Of a stretch of DNA of 64,000 nucleotides, positions 12,399-25,756 are shown in pieces (position 1 is the stretch's first letter; every line of letters begins with the position of its first letter). The stretch covers positions 114,948,001-115,012,000 of the forward strand of contig OX597822.1 of NCBI GenBank assembly GCA_951406725.2, given 5' to 3'. This DNA comes from Octopus vulgaris. Taxonomy: Eukaryota. The notes beneath the pieces were generated by a model. It was not told the DNA's origin. It did no database searches and worked only from the letters and a program-made list of their open reading frames with translations. Position numbers and translations under genes: made by a program.

Positions 12399-12664
12399 CA
12401 TTACATTATTTACATTCGACGGATATTTGTCCTCATCTTGTTTGTTGTTAACACAACGTTTCGGCTGATATACCCCCCAGCCTTCTTCAGGTGTCTTGGG
12501 GGAAATTTCCAACCTGGGTTCTCATTCCTAAGGTATTTTTCGATGTTATTATTATTATTGTTACTATTATTATTGTTGTTGTTGTTGTTCAGGTCACTGC
12601 TTGGAATTGAACTCGGAATCTTGGGGTTAGTAGCCCGTGCTCTTAACCACTACGCCATATGCCC
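12399..12664 (-). mobile_element. tRNA-headed SINE with internal (AAT/AAC)n and a hammerhead motif in its 3' body
   Basis: A box TGGCGTAGTGG (12647-12657), anticodon-like arm GGG-CTACTAA-CCC, B box GAGTTCAATTCC (12603-12614), tail aatgtaaataatgtaatg. Confidence 0.8.
12450..12495 (-). ncRNA. Minimal type-I hammerhead ribozyme with intact core
   Basis: Minus strand: GACAC CTGAAGA A GGCTG-gggggtatat-CAGCC GAAA C GTT GTGTT. Stem I GACAC/GTGTT, 5-bp stem II, palindromic AACGTT stem III. Confidence 0.8.
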
Positions 12665-12949
12665 ATGGCATCATTTTCCAGGCAACATTTTGCACTGACA
12701 CAAAAAGTAACCATTTTAAGTTTCTGGAATAAAAACTGACGATGAATGTTCAACAAGATCTCTCTAAGATTTAAATACAATGTAAACATTCCTCCTTCAA
12801 AAAGTTAGTGCGCAGTTTCAAATTCCATGGCAGATTGAAAATAGGTTATTTTCCAATAAGTTGTTTTCATTGCTTCATTTAAATATACATATACTGGGAT
12901 CAAATTATAGTTACTTAAAGTGATTTACCAGTAAATGTAATATTACTTT

Positions 12950-13125
12950 CAAGCTTTGGCGCAAGTAAATGTGGGGGAATGATAGGTCGATTAGATCGGC
13001 TCCAGTGCTCAACTGGCACTTAGTTTATCGACCCAGAAAGGCAAAGTCGACCTCGGTGGAATTTGAATTTAGGACTTAAAGATGGTTGAAATGCAGCCAA
13101 GCATTTTTCCTAGGGTTCTAACGTA
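12950..13125 (-). mobile_element. SINE family B copy
   Basis: Plus strand tttatcgacccagaaaggcaaagtcgacctcggtggaatttgaa matches the family-B domain in reverse. Confidence 0.7.
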
Positions 13126-13503
13126 ATATTACAGGAAGGTAATTATATTTCACAGAAGAATTATAGACATTATATAAAACAATTTCATTATTAAAAATTA
13201 GTCATTAAAAAAATCCCATCACTTAAAAGTTGGTAAATGGTTTGGAGTATCATGGAGGACAGAAAATACTTTGTTTTTCCATCGTTTTACGTTTAATTTG
13301 TCAATATTTCTAAAATAGATAATCCTGAGGCGAAAGAAGTACGAACCCAAGGAGTACTGGTGGAATGTCCCAGTGAAAACCTTAATAAAATGTAAACATA
13401 GCAGACTTGACATAGTGCTTTAGGATACAGGAGAGAAACATGCATGCATACTTCCATGCATGCATACATACATGCATACATGCATACATGCATACATGCA
13501 TAC

Positions 13504-13534
<31 letters not shown>

Positions 13535-13554
13535 CATGCATATATATACATATA

Positions 13555-13982
13555 TAATTATACCTGTAATTATTGGGGCCCTGGGATATGTAACACACTG
13601 CCTAAATACCAATCTTGAGAAATTAGGCTTCTCAGAACCAAAATGGAGAAAGCTAATTCGAGACTACAAATCCAATCCATCACTGGAACTGTAAAAATCT
13701 GTAAAACGTTTCAGACGCTTATCATTTAAATATATATGGGTATGTCTAGATATGCAACTATGTGCATGAGAATATATACATAAAGCAAACCATACAAATC
13801 TGCATACATACATACATACATGCATACATACATACATACATATATATATACTTACTTACTTACATACATACATGCATACAAAAATACCCTTTTGTTGATG
13901 TTGAAATTCCAATGAAGGATCTAGGTTAGAAACCGGCTCTTTCTCCTCTGGCAAGAAATCTTGAAATAAAACTGAACAATGA
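13555..13982 (+). mobile_element. RLE-type (R4/Dong-like) LINE 3' fragment embedded in (CATA)n
   Basis: IIPVIIGALGYV resembles IPIIVGALGMI of the element at 52581. The 3' UTR has aataaa; (CATA)n-type tracts flank both sides. Confidence 0.65.
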
Positions 13983-14934
13983 CATACATACATACTTGCT
14001 TACATACACACATACATACATACATACATACATACATACATACATACATACATACATACATACATACATACATACAAAGTGGCTGTCAGCAAGTAGACGA
14101 GTATGATCATCGCTGACAAATGATCTTATCCTAGAAGTTAAAGACAGTGGCTATCAGCAATGCCTCTGGTGAAATTTAAAGCCAATAGAAGCTCACAGAA
14201 CATCGCAAAGACTGACTTACAGAGCCAAGTATTCGAGAAACAAGCAAGAGCAATATCAAGATCTCTGGTTTCGCATTGAGGTAGGTACTATTTCTGAATT
14301 TCCTTCTCCCTGGGACCTATCCAGACAAAGACTCGGGTAAGCTCACTCCCAAATTTTAGATGATTGTTGACACTACTGGATTCATACATCTTGACAAGTT
14401 TTGTTGTTTTTTTTTTTTTTGTCCTGCAGAATATCCAACAAAAACCACACTCTTTCATTGCCAAGCAGGCTTGTAAAGGTTGCCGGTTTAGTCACCGACG
14501 GACCCACCATGTGACAGGCTGCACTGGGTTACATGTTACCATCGCATTGAGAGTTTTTTGACATAACAGACACACAAGCACACGCATAAACCCACACGCA
14601 CTGACACACACACACACACACACACAGACACAGACACGCACACATGCAGAAGCGCATGCGCACTGACGCTGACCGAGATTCATATAAGTATAATAAATTT
14701 GTTAGTTATGTAGATAAGAAATGAAAACAACGTGCCAGAGAAAGAGAGTGTGTAGGCGGTACAAAGAGAGTGTGTAGGTGCATGTGTCTGTCAGTCTGTC
14801 TGTCTGTCTGTCTGTCTGTCTCTATCTATCTGTCAGTGTGTTTCTGTGTGTATTTGTATAAATGCATGCTTGTATGTGTGTATGTATATTTATGTGCATG
14901 AGTGTTATAGATTTCCAATCTATTTGTGCGCGTT

Positions 14935-14994
<60 letters not shown>

Positions 14995-15085
14995 TGTGTG
15001 GCTGAAATGAATCGAAAGGATCGATGGTGCATATCGACAGAGGGGAAGGTGAGTGAGAAGATAAGGAAAGACAATTTGACAGAGG

Positions 15086-15141
<56 letters not shown>

Positions 15142-15370
15142 GTATTAGTCTTTTAGTCAATAAAGTCAGAGAGTGCCACAGGAAATCGATGAAGGAGAGG
15201 GAAAGTGAGAGGAGAGCGTCGAAGGTCACCAGATAACACTTCATGCGTAAAACACACACACACACACACGCACAAAATACTGACAATACATATATATGTC
15301 AACTGATTACCCTACACACAAATATATATACACACACACATACATGTCAACTGATATCGTATACTTACAC

Positions 15371-15455
<85 letters not shown>

Positions 15456-15542
15456 CACATACATACATACATACATACGTATACATACAAATACATACAT
15501 ATTTTTATAAACAAACACACAAACACACAAACACATACAGAC

Positions 15543-15585
<43 letters not shown>

Positions 15586-15602
15586 TATATATATATGTAT
15601 AT

Positions 15603-15890
15603 AGTCAATTCAAATAAACAAACAATTCAAAATTGAGAAATTCAGATAATAAAAAAAGAAAACACCGAACCTGAGGACGTGCAAAAGAAATATGTTAACC
15701 TGACGCTCAATGAAAAGAGAGAGTTCGACGTTTCGAGCATAGCTCTTTGTGGGAAAGGAAAAACGTAAAGGTCCAAGGATGGAGAAGAAATCGCCAACGG
15801 CACACGTTTAGTTACATTGCCGAAGTGACCGGAAGTAGAAAGAGATAGAGAAAGTGTTTGGGGGGACAGGAGTGTGTGAAGATGGTCAGT
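15603..15890 (-). mobile_element. PLE-like 3' end, paralogue of 1818-2088, with decayed hammerhead (15724-15756)
   Basis: Shared gacgtttcga.catagctctt, gttacattgc.gaagtgaccggaagtaga and ggacaggagtgtg.gaagatggtcagt. Confidence 0.6.
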
Positions 15891-16500
15891 ATGTGTGTGC
15901 GTATGTTTATGTGTGTGGATGGTCACTTTGTATGTGTATGTGTTAGTGTGAGTCGTTTGTGAGTGAGTGTGTGTGCGTGTGGTAGGATCTGTGTGCGTGT
16001 GTGTTAGTGTTTGTGATTGTGTCGCATCAATGCAGATCAATAGCAGGTCATGGTGGCGGCAGTCGCGAAAAGTGTGTGAGTGGGTAGATGTGGCTGTGTG
16101 TGTGTGTAAGGGTGTTTACATGTGTGCGGTTGACGGAGTGGAATGAGTGTGAGTGTATGTGCGTGTGCATGTGTGTATGTGCGTGTGTATATATTGCGTA
16201 TGGGTGCGTCTGTGTGTGTCTTTGTATCTCTGTGTGTCTTTCTACCTCTGTGTATCTCTCCCGGTATATGTCTCTCCCTGTATTTCTCTCTCTCTCTCTT
16301 TATATGTACATATGTGTGTATATGTGTAGTTATGTGTGTGTATATATGTGCATGTGAATGTGTGTAGAAATATATATGCACACACAAGAGCACTGAGTAC
16401 AAGCGCATATACGTATAATATATTTAAACGGAAAGTATCTAATAAGTCCTTAAGGAGTCATTGATAAACACCAAACATTTTTGAGGGCGCTGTATTTATA

Positions 16501-17752
16501 CGAGATGGTATCAAAAGTTTCCGGATTAGCTCTGCAGCGCGCCAACATATGGCAGCACACGGTAGCGTGCGCAGTGAGGGCTATCAGTGACCTTCATGAA
16601 ACAGTGTGTTAAGTGACATTGCTGCGCTTTCGCAAGTTGTGAAATTTGGATTCTTGTGATCATGTATATGTTGTAGTCTGCGATTTTGTCATCGAGTGGA
16701 AGTTGGAACAAAGAGCCAGTGTAAAACTTTTGCGTTTAACTTGAGAAGTCTGCTACAGAGACATTGACATTCGGCAAGCTTACGATAATCGGTCGTAGGC
16801 AATGTTTCGAATGGCACCGGCGCTTCAAAAGAGGAAGAACATCCCCGGAAGACCAGCCACGGGTGTCACCATCGGAAACGTGGAGAAAATACACCAACTT
16901 GTGCATAAGGATCGTCGGAGGACAATCAACGACATTGCTGATGTTGGTGATCTGTCGTGCGGGCCCGTGCAGGCAATCCTAACGTCTGAACTGAACACAC
17001 GGCATGCCTCTGCTATGTTTGTGCCCCGCCTGCTGACCACTGAGCAGAAAGAACATGGCGCCAAAGTCTGTCAAGATCTCCGCCAACGTGTCGCTGATGA
17101 CCCATCTTTCTTGTCGAGTATCATCACCGGTGACGAGAATGGGGTCTACAGGTACGACCCTCATACGAAGCAGCAGTCATCACAATGGAAGAGGCCTTCA
17201 TCTCTACGACCGGAGCAGGGATTGCAGAGCCGCAGCTCAGTCAAGCCCATGCTCTTTTTATTTTATGGACATCCACAGTATTGTGCATCGAGAATTCGTC
17301 TTCCAAGGCCCGGCCGTCAATCGAGAGTTTTACTGCGACGTTTTGAAGTGTTTTAGGGAAGACATTCGGCGAAAGCGACCGGATCTGTGGAGTGCGAAGT
17401 ATTGGATTCTTCACGACAACAACGCACCCTGTCACAGAGCTCTCCTCACTCGTGAGTTTCTCTCCAAAAACAACATGGTATCGCTTCCATACCCATACTA
17501 TTCGCCAGATTTAGCACCTGCTTTCCCCAAGATGAAAAGGCAGCTCAAATGTCGCCGATTTAACACCGTTGTCGAAATCCAGAAGGTCCACGATTCGCTT
17601 ACGAAAAACGACTACAAGACCGGATTCCAAAAGTGACAGGAACACTGGGACCGGTATATTGTTGCACAAGGTGACTGTTTCGAAGGAGACGATGTTAAAA
17701 TATTTAGTTAAAGAAGTCATCCTTATTGATCATAACTAGTCCGGGAATGTTT
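16501..17752 (+). pseudogene. mariner (D,D34D-type) transposon, near full length, frameshifted
   Basis: ta|cgagatggtatcaaaagtttccgg left end; MFVPRLLT, IITGDENGVYRYDP, ILHDNNAPCH and PYYSPDLAP motifs; partial right TIR ctagtccgggaa. Confidence 0.92.
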
Positions 17753-20116
17753 CTTCTTCGTCAACTATCATTGCTTCAAATCGAAGATCGTGCGAACTTT
17801 GGTTGTAGCGAAAGAGAAAGTTAAGTCTGAAAAATAGAGAGAAAAAATATTATACGAGATAATGAGAAAGAAATAAAATATAAAAATTCACATCCTAAGA
17901 ATATTTTAAATTCAAATGATGAGAGAGAGAGCGATATAAATATAATTGTAAGTGCAAAGGCATTGTTTGTATTTGTGAATACATTTTCATATTTAAATAA
18001 CCGAAGCAACCGCATTTCAAGTTTTCAGTAAGGTAAATAGTATCTTACTAATGTTTTCGTTATTAAATAGATATTTCTTTCGTTATTTTACTTGCTTACA
18101 ACAATTTTTTTTGCTTCATTTTAGGAATATCAAAAATTATTGCTTTTTTATTTACAGCAAACTTCAAAATATTCTTTTACAAAATGTTTGATACAGAATA
18201 TTATGTACTAATATGACCTAAATGTTATTCAAATCTTCAGATGGTTTCTGTTGGTAATTATCACTACATAAATTCTTCCAAATCATTTTAACAGTCTTGT
18301 GAGAGAAGCAACTTCTATATGATTCCAAAAAAAATGTCTTTTGACAAGTACAGCTTGATGAAGATATATGTGGCATACAGAAATACATTTTATAAATAAT
18401 CTTATATTCAAAAATTCAAATAATAGTGTTGTACGTGTACCAACGATGCAAAAACAAAAAAGAAAATAAATAAATAAAACACACAATATCTAAGCATGGT
18501 TTGCATAATGAAACAAAATTTATTATACTCATAATCAGTATTTGCAATAATGTAACCAAATTGAGGAAAAAAACAAATTGGTATCATCAAAACTTAATGG
18601 CATCTAGAAATCAATATATTATTATATTATAACCAATACAATTTATCAAGTTTGTTTCTTCATATTAAGTAAAATTTTATTTTCGATATATTTTAGAATT
18701 CGCCAGTTTTTTCAGGGTGCCATTTTCAGTCAAGCTCGACTGATATAATTTAAAACTCAAGATATTTCCCATTAAATACCAATTAATATATGATCAGTAA
18801 TGCACGTGGAAAATTCGCGGTTATTTGGAAATTATGGAAGTTTATAGAGAACTTACAAAATACACGATTATATAATTTATATTAGAATTACGTGATTCTT
18901 GAGATGGAATAATATCTACTGCTGATGCTGGAGGTTAGGAAGAAAACAATCTAGAAAACTATATTCTTTGTGATACGATGGTCATTTCTACGTTGAGATT
19001 TGGCGTCCATATGTTTTCATCTTTCTGTCAAGGAATAAAGAGTCTTAACTATCGAATGAAATCGAATACATAATCTGTATTTTACTTCGGATCGACAGCA
19101 TAGAGAATATGACCATTTGTGGGATAAAGTGTGAACAAATTTTAATTTGATGTACAACATGCTTCTCTTTATATCAAGAAAAGGGTGCGTAGTGTTGGAG
19201 GGACATCAGCAGTGTCATTGAACGTAGTACCGATGTTGCTCCTATGCAAGAGTGGATTTGAAAATTAAATTTATCTGTAACGTATGTATCATATTTAATT
19301 CAAAATATTTATTGTCAGAGATAGTTCCTAAAATCCAAAGATACTTTCGATCTCAAGCAAATCGAAGAGATCGATTTGCATACAACAAAGCAGCTGATTC
19401 AATAAGTAAATTACTGATGCTAGCAATGCTTTATATGAATATTATACTTATCTACAGAGTACCTCTATAGACTTAACACTATATAACAGACAGGCGTGGA
19501 CATCTTGTCTTTATATATTATATTTTCGATGACAAAGGAAAGAGGGATCAGCCAGCTTAGTCTCAATCTTTTATTTAGATTTCATTATTGACTGAGTTCT
19601 CCCTTTTAGTGCTGATAAACATTTTACAATTTACTACGCTTTTCAAATTGCCCAACGAATTATATACATACTTATAAAGAAATAAATATGGTGTGCTCAG
19701 TAAATGATACACACGACATTTACACCCTTCGCGCGACTCTTACGCTGTTACATAGGCTGGCAATAGCAGAAAAGCATGCATACATGCCAGTATGACTTCG
19801 TAATATGTACGATGCTTTCGCTAATTACTCTAGGTGCTTATGTAATCTCGAGCAAGCATAGACGCACTCACAGGTCTGTAAGATATCTGAGAAAAATTCA
19901 GGTTACAATAGCTGGAGAGAGATAGCTAATCAAACACTGAACTAATACTCATTTGCAGGTGAGTAGACAGGACTATATGAAAAAAAAGTACCTTGCTCAA
20001 GGAAATAACACAAAGCCCATCCACTGAGGTTCATGAGCCTAATATCAAAGCCACTAGAAGAGTATTATCGATCTCAGTGAAAGTTTTATACTATTGTGAA
20101 ATTTATATATATCTCT

Positions 20117-20311
20117 CTATCCGCTCAGTCGACGTCGACTCTCGGTCACTCGTTGGATCAGTGTCCTCCAGTCAGTTCTATCCTGGACCGCATCCTTCAG
20201 ATTAGCCATGTCCATTCCGGTGTCACTCCTGATGGTGTCAAGCCAGCGCGTTCTTGGTCGGCCTCTTCCTTTCTTGCCACTGACCATTCCGAGCATGATG
20301 TCCTTCTCCAG
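20117..20311 (-). mobile_element. RTE-BovB clade LINE 3' fragment
   Basis: Open translation LEKDIMLGMVSGKKGRGRPRTRWLDTIRSDTGMDMANLKDAVQDRTDWRTLIQRVTESRRRLSG*, the typical BovB-type C-terminus. Confidence 0.9.
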
Positions 20312-20773
20312 GGTTATATATATATATATATATCTTTGAGTAGATACATATATCTATAATTGAGTTCGTGTATGTGTGCGTGTGTGTGCGATTTTTCTAT
20401 GTGCATACCTATGTGTGTATCTTTGTGTCTGTCTCACACCACCACTTGTTAACCGGTGTTTAAAAAATGGCGGCAATTTTGCAAAATATCCGATAGAATG
20501 AGTACCAGGCTTTAATAAATGTATAGTCCAATGTCTGAAACAATTAAATGATGAAAACATAAAAATAATGTGTGTGTAAAATTATTTGCCAAAGAAGCAT
20601 TATTAACACAAAAAGGTAATACTTATCCACATTCAAAAGAGAATGTTGTGTTGGAACAAGAATACTGTGACAGTTAGCATGAGATAAGCTCAAACTGGAT
20701 TCCAGTGCATATAAGCACACTTGTTTACATCACTAGTGGGGCGATAGATCGCCCACTATCGCCACTGCCGAGA

Positions 20774-20820
20774 CTATCAGATCATGCCATTTCGGCCTTC
20801 CCTGGCCTTGTCAATGGTAG
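20774..20820 (-). ncRNA. Type-I hammerhead motif, U3-A8 compensatory core
   Basis: Minus strand: CTACCA TTGACAA GGCC-agggaa-GGCC GAAA T ggcatg ATC TGATAG; one mismatch in stem I. Confidence 0.6.
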
Positions 20821-20969
20821 ACTGATCCGATGCTGGATATAGTAGCGATATCTCTGCTAGGGATATACATAGAATCACAGTTCCAAAAGAAGCACCGATG
20901 TCGCGAATACGCAGTGGGCTTATTAAAGATACCTTTCAGTGACAGAAGCTGCTTAATACCGACAGGTAT

Positions 20970-21004
<35 letters not shown>

Positions 21005-21159
21005 TGTGTGTGTGTATGTATGTGTGCGTGCGTGCGTGTGTATGTGTGTGTGTGCATGTGTGTGTGTGTGTGTGAATGTATGTATGTATGTATGTACGTA
21101 TGTATATATACATGTAGAGTATACAAGCATATATTCACAGACAGACAAACAGACAGACT

Positions 21160-21209
<50 letters not shown>

Positions 21210-21222
21210 TAGATAGATAGAC

Positions 21223-21311
<89 letters not shown>

Positions 21312-21642
21312 CAGTAGACAGTGAAACTTATATGAGAGATTAGGTGAAAGGTTCAGTGAGCACTAAAACAACGATATGGAAGTGAAGACCTACATTCACA
21401 TCTTATCAATATGCTCCAGATAAAGCAAAAAAAAAAAAAAAAAAAAGAATTTCAACACGTTCCTTTGATGCAATGCGAAGACAGTTATCCGAATCACTCT
21501 TTGCAATTTCAAAATCAGTAACACTGTAGTATATTGAAGATGAGGATAACTGCATTTCATAGCTTAGTTCATGGGAATATATGCAAGCATAATATATAGG
21601 TATACATATGTGTGTATATATATATGTGCGCGCGCGTGTCTT

Positions 21643-21743
<101 letters not shown>

Positions 21744-21868
21744 CATATATATATTCATAGGTATATATGTATATATATACATATGTCTATGTGTATATTC
21801 ATATATATTTATATGTATGTATATATATGTAATGTATGTATCTATATATCTCTCTATATATTATATGT

Positions 21869-21943
<75 letters not shown>

Positions 21944-22179
21944 TATATATATGTAAACTGAAAAAGAGAGATAGAAAGACAGAAAGACAGACAAATAGAT
22001 AGATAGATTGATAGATAGATAGATAGATAGATACATACATACATACATACATAGATGAATAGTTTCGCATGGGTCAACCTGGTTTTTCAAAAGCTTTCAC
22101 TCCACATGTGCATATACACATGCACATATACATATATATTTACATATACATATACATACGTACCTGCATACATAATGTC

Positions 22180-22253
<74 letters not shown>

Positions 22254-22656
22254 ATTCTCTTGTCGTGCCAATGAATGAGGGTTCAGTAAAATAAAATCGG
22301 TAGTCATGTTCTATGGGCACGAATGTGCCTCTTGAGGCCTGCTGGTGCCTTACAAACTTTTCGGCAAATAGAACAAGTTGAGGACTCAGTTTGCTCGACT
22401 GATTGTGGACCATTCATTATCTGTTTTCTTGAGTGGACGGCAAGGCCAGATTTCGTTCGTGCCACAAAACCACAACGATAGGTAAGGTTTCTATTTACCG
22501 TTTTGTCAGCGTGCCTTTATGCTTGCATGAAGTTGGTTCCGATGCCGGAGTCGACTTTGCTCAAATCTTTGAACTGAAGAGAAGCAGGGATCGCGTCCCT
22601 GAACCTTTCGCCTAATACCCACTTATAGAGGTTTCAATGTCTACTGTGTTTACCTC

Positions 22657-22766
<110 letters not shown>

Positions 22767-23369
22767 AATATATATACATATATATATATATTGGTAAAAA
22801 TGGTAAGATAACAAAAGAAAGAAAAAACCTCAATATTATGTAAATAGAGGAAGGCGCTAATTCGAATGACCGCTACTTAAGATAAGGTTAAAAGTTCATA
22901 GTAAACACGTAAGCATGCCTGTTCATACGTACACATATGCGCTCGGGCACAACGTGCGTACGTATACATTACCATGTATACTATGTACGTATACATTACT
23001 AAAACGTACAAATCTTCACTCGCATTTTTCGCCAAATGTATATGCATATATATATACAAACTCATACACACACACGCACACTGTAAAAGTTCATATATAC
23101 GTCTACATACGCACAAAAAACCAGGGTTAAGGGTAACAATACAGAAAAAAGGCATAGGGAAGTATACAAAGAGTAAACCACGTTCATATACGGACATACC
23201 CTTATGCACGCACACACACACATGCCCATATATGTACATACCCGTGCATGTCTATATGCGTATACAAACACACACGCACGCACAAAAAAAGGATTATACA
23301 TACGCCCCCAAAAAACAGGACAAATTTAAAAAATACTGAGTAAAAAACGTCTATATATATATATATATG

Positions 23370-23597
23370 AAAAAGGAAATGAAGAACATGCTGACAAAAT
23401 AATTTAAGTAATTTAAGTAATTTAATTAGGTGAAAGTTCTTTTTACCGGTTGCGCATTTGTTATGCTTATCAAAAGTTTTTTCATCTAAAAAGAACTTTC
23501 ACCTAATTAAATTACTTAAATTACTTAAATTATTTTGTCAGCATTTTCTTCATTTCCTTTTTTATATATCACAACTCGTGTTCCACATCTCCTTTTT

Positions 23598-23602
<5 letters not shown>
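23370..23602. mobile_element. Fold-back PLE-like insert in (TA)n with ~75-bp arms around a decayed hammerhead
   Basis: Arms 23370-23445 and 23487-23562 are nearly perfect inverted repeats. The loop on the minus strand reads TTGATAA GCAT-aacaa-ATGC GCAA CCGG TA. Confidence 0.7.
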
Positions 23603-23638
<36 letters not shown>

Positions 23639-23888
23639 TCTTATGCCCGCACACACGCACACATCTATATACATACATACCCACCCACTCGTACATATCC
23701 ACACACGCGTACAAATGAATCTATATACACATCTATATAGGCACAAGGAAAAATGCAGGATGAAAGGTAGAGTACAGAAAAAATTATTATGTGTAAAAAT
23801 ATAAAAATATACGAATATATATATATGTATATATTGAGAAAAAAGGTGGCCAGAATTTTGGAAATATTTTTTTTGGTTTATTCATTAT

Positions 23889-23926
23889 TATTAGCACTTT
23901 CGTTCGTTTCTCGAACTTGTCAAATA
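23889..23926 (-). ncRNA. Minimal hammerhead motif, U3-A8 core
   Basis: Minus strand: TAT TTGACAA GTTCG-agaaa-CGAAC GAAA GTGC TA ATA. Confidence 0.6.
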
Positions 23927-24640
23927 GAAAGTTTTTAATCTACAAACACCTTGTTCATTTATATAAAACAGATGGGGTTTTTTGGGTTGTGGGGAGGGTT
24001 AGAAGAGAGCATTGTCTTCGTTTTTGTGGTGAGGTTCCATGGCAATGGAGATAGATTGATAGAAATATAGGTCGGTAGATAGGTTTATATATATATGAAA
24101 ATTAACAGAGTGAGATAAAAAAATCTTGATATGAAAACAATGCAACGATTTATAGAAATCCTTTGTCTCAACCAACCAGTCACAATCAGATGTAGCTCGC
24201 ATTTCAGGTAGAAACTTTCAGATGCAATACGTTCGAAATTGTTCGTCAGAAGCTGTAGCAGGGAAGAGGAATTAACCAAGCTGCAACACTGATGTTATTT
24301 GTAGAGAATATACATGAGTGAAAGATGAGCAATTTAGCATTGTAACAGTAAACTGAACTGCTTATATTTAGGTTAACTCTACCAGCGTCTCGTCTTGAGT
24401 TGAGCTGTTAGGCATCAACAAATTGCCCCAAGCACACCTTGCAGAATACCTAACGTACGCATCCCCAGGAGCATGTTCTATAGTATGATCATAAAATGCA
24501 AAGAGTTGCATGCTGTTTGCGAAGTGTTTATAAGGGTGTGCTTGACATATAAAGGTCGTTCTGAAGTATATCAATGTCAGCCGTACGCCAAAAGAAACAT
24601 ATGCACACGACAGCTCAGAGTGGCACTGTTGTATCATATA

Positions 24641-25480
24641 CAAGGTGTTTGGATAAAATTTCACACTTTGCATTAAAGGAAACGGAAACAATATTCCGTC
24701 CAAAAATAAAAGTATTTAAACAAAAATCAAATAATATCAACCAGATTATGGCTGGGAGATAACAGTTTAGTCAAGGAAGCCGCCCTCAGCTTCCACCACG
24801 GCCTCAAGACGGCTCCGGAACCTATCACATGCGCTCCACATTGTGTTACAGGGAAGATCTTCGAACGCTTCCTTGATGTTAGCCCCCAACTCGGCTTTGG
24901 TGTTGTAGGCAGAGCGGTTGGTGTTTTGCTTTTCCAACGGCACCTAAAACAAGTATTACAGTCAGAGAAAATAGGAGGTCAGAAGTTGGGGCTGGTGAAG
25001 TAGTAGAAATTCTCCGACAACCACCTCAAGAAGCTGAAATCTACTGCCACACATGTGGCTTTTCAGCAGCAACTCTCTCCAACCAGTGATTGACCACAGT
25101 CTCCAGCAGAGTCTGAACTGAGTCTAATCCTCTGTTCAATGTTGTGCAGTGGCGTGACGACGTCACCGTTGCTGGTGACTCAACCAAAAGCCATCACAGT
25201 TTTCATAATATCCATGCCACATCATTCACCACTTATAATGTTCTTAATACATTGAGCAGCTGTCATAATGTCGGCGTTTTGATACTCGGCGCGAATCATC
25301 TTGCCACAGATAACTCTTTTCCAGTATTCAGATGGCTTCCAGTCTTCCATACCAGCTATTTTTCCTTAAGTACAGCTTTAAGTCTTTATGCTCTCCAATG
25401 TCGTTGACTGGTCACCAATATATCAAGTTCTTCCTGAAAAAGAGACATGAAATACAGTTAAATTTAACTCGAACTCCGTG
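24641..25480 (-). pseudogene. Tc1/mariner-superfamily (maT-like) relic
   Basis: Minus-strand C-terminus SACDRFRSRLEAVVEAEGGFLD*. Imperfect TIRs ta|caaggtgtttggataaaattt and aaatttaactcgaactccgtg|ta. Confidence 0.65.
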
Positions 25481-25694
25481 TATGGATTCAAGAGAAAATT
25501 TAAGATACTCCAAGTTACATCTACTCGTGTACAGACTGCCATTAAGCATTTCATGTTTGTATTAAATTTATCGGTGGTAATTGCATTTACATAAATTACA
25601 TTGAATCCTTTCTAGGTGGTGGCCTTTAGCTTTCTTTAAGAAGGAAGGACGAATGACAGTTAAGTCTGAAGGAGTATTATAAGTGCAAGTGTGC

Positions 25695-25756
<62 letters not shown>

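Noticed and set aside
12590-12664. Functional tRNA gene (ACT anticodon)
   Set aside because: The acceptor and T stems do not pair properly, and the sequence runs into a SINE body. I treated it as a SINE head.
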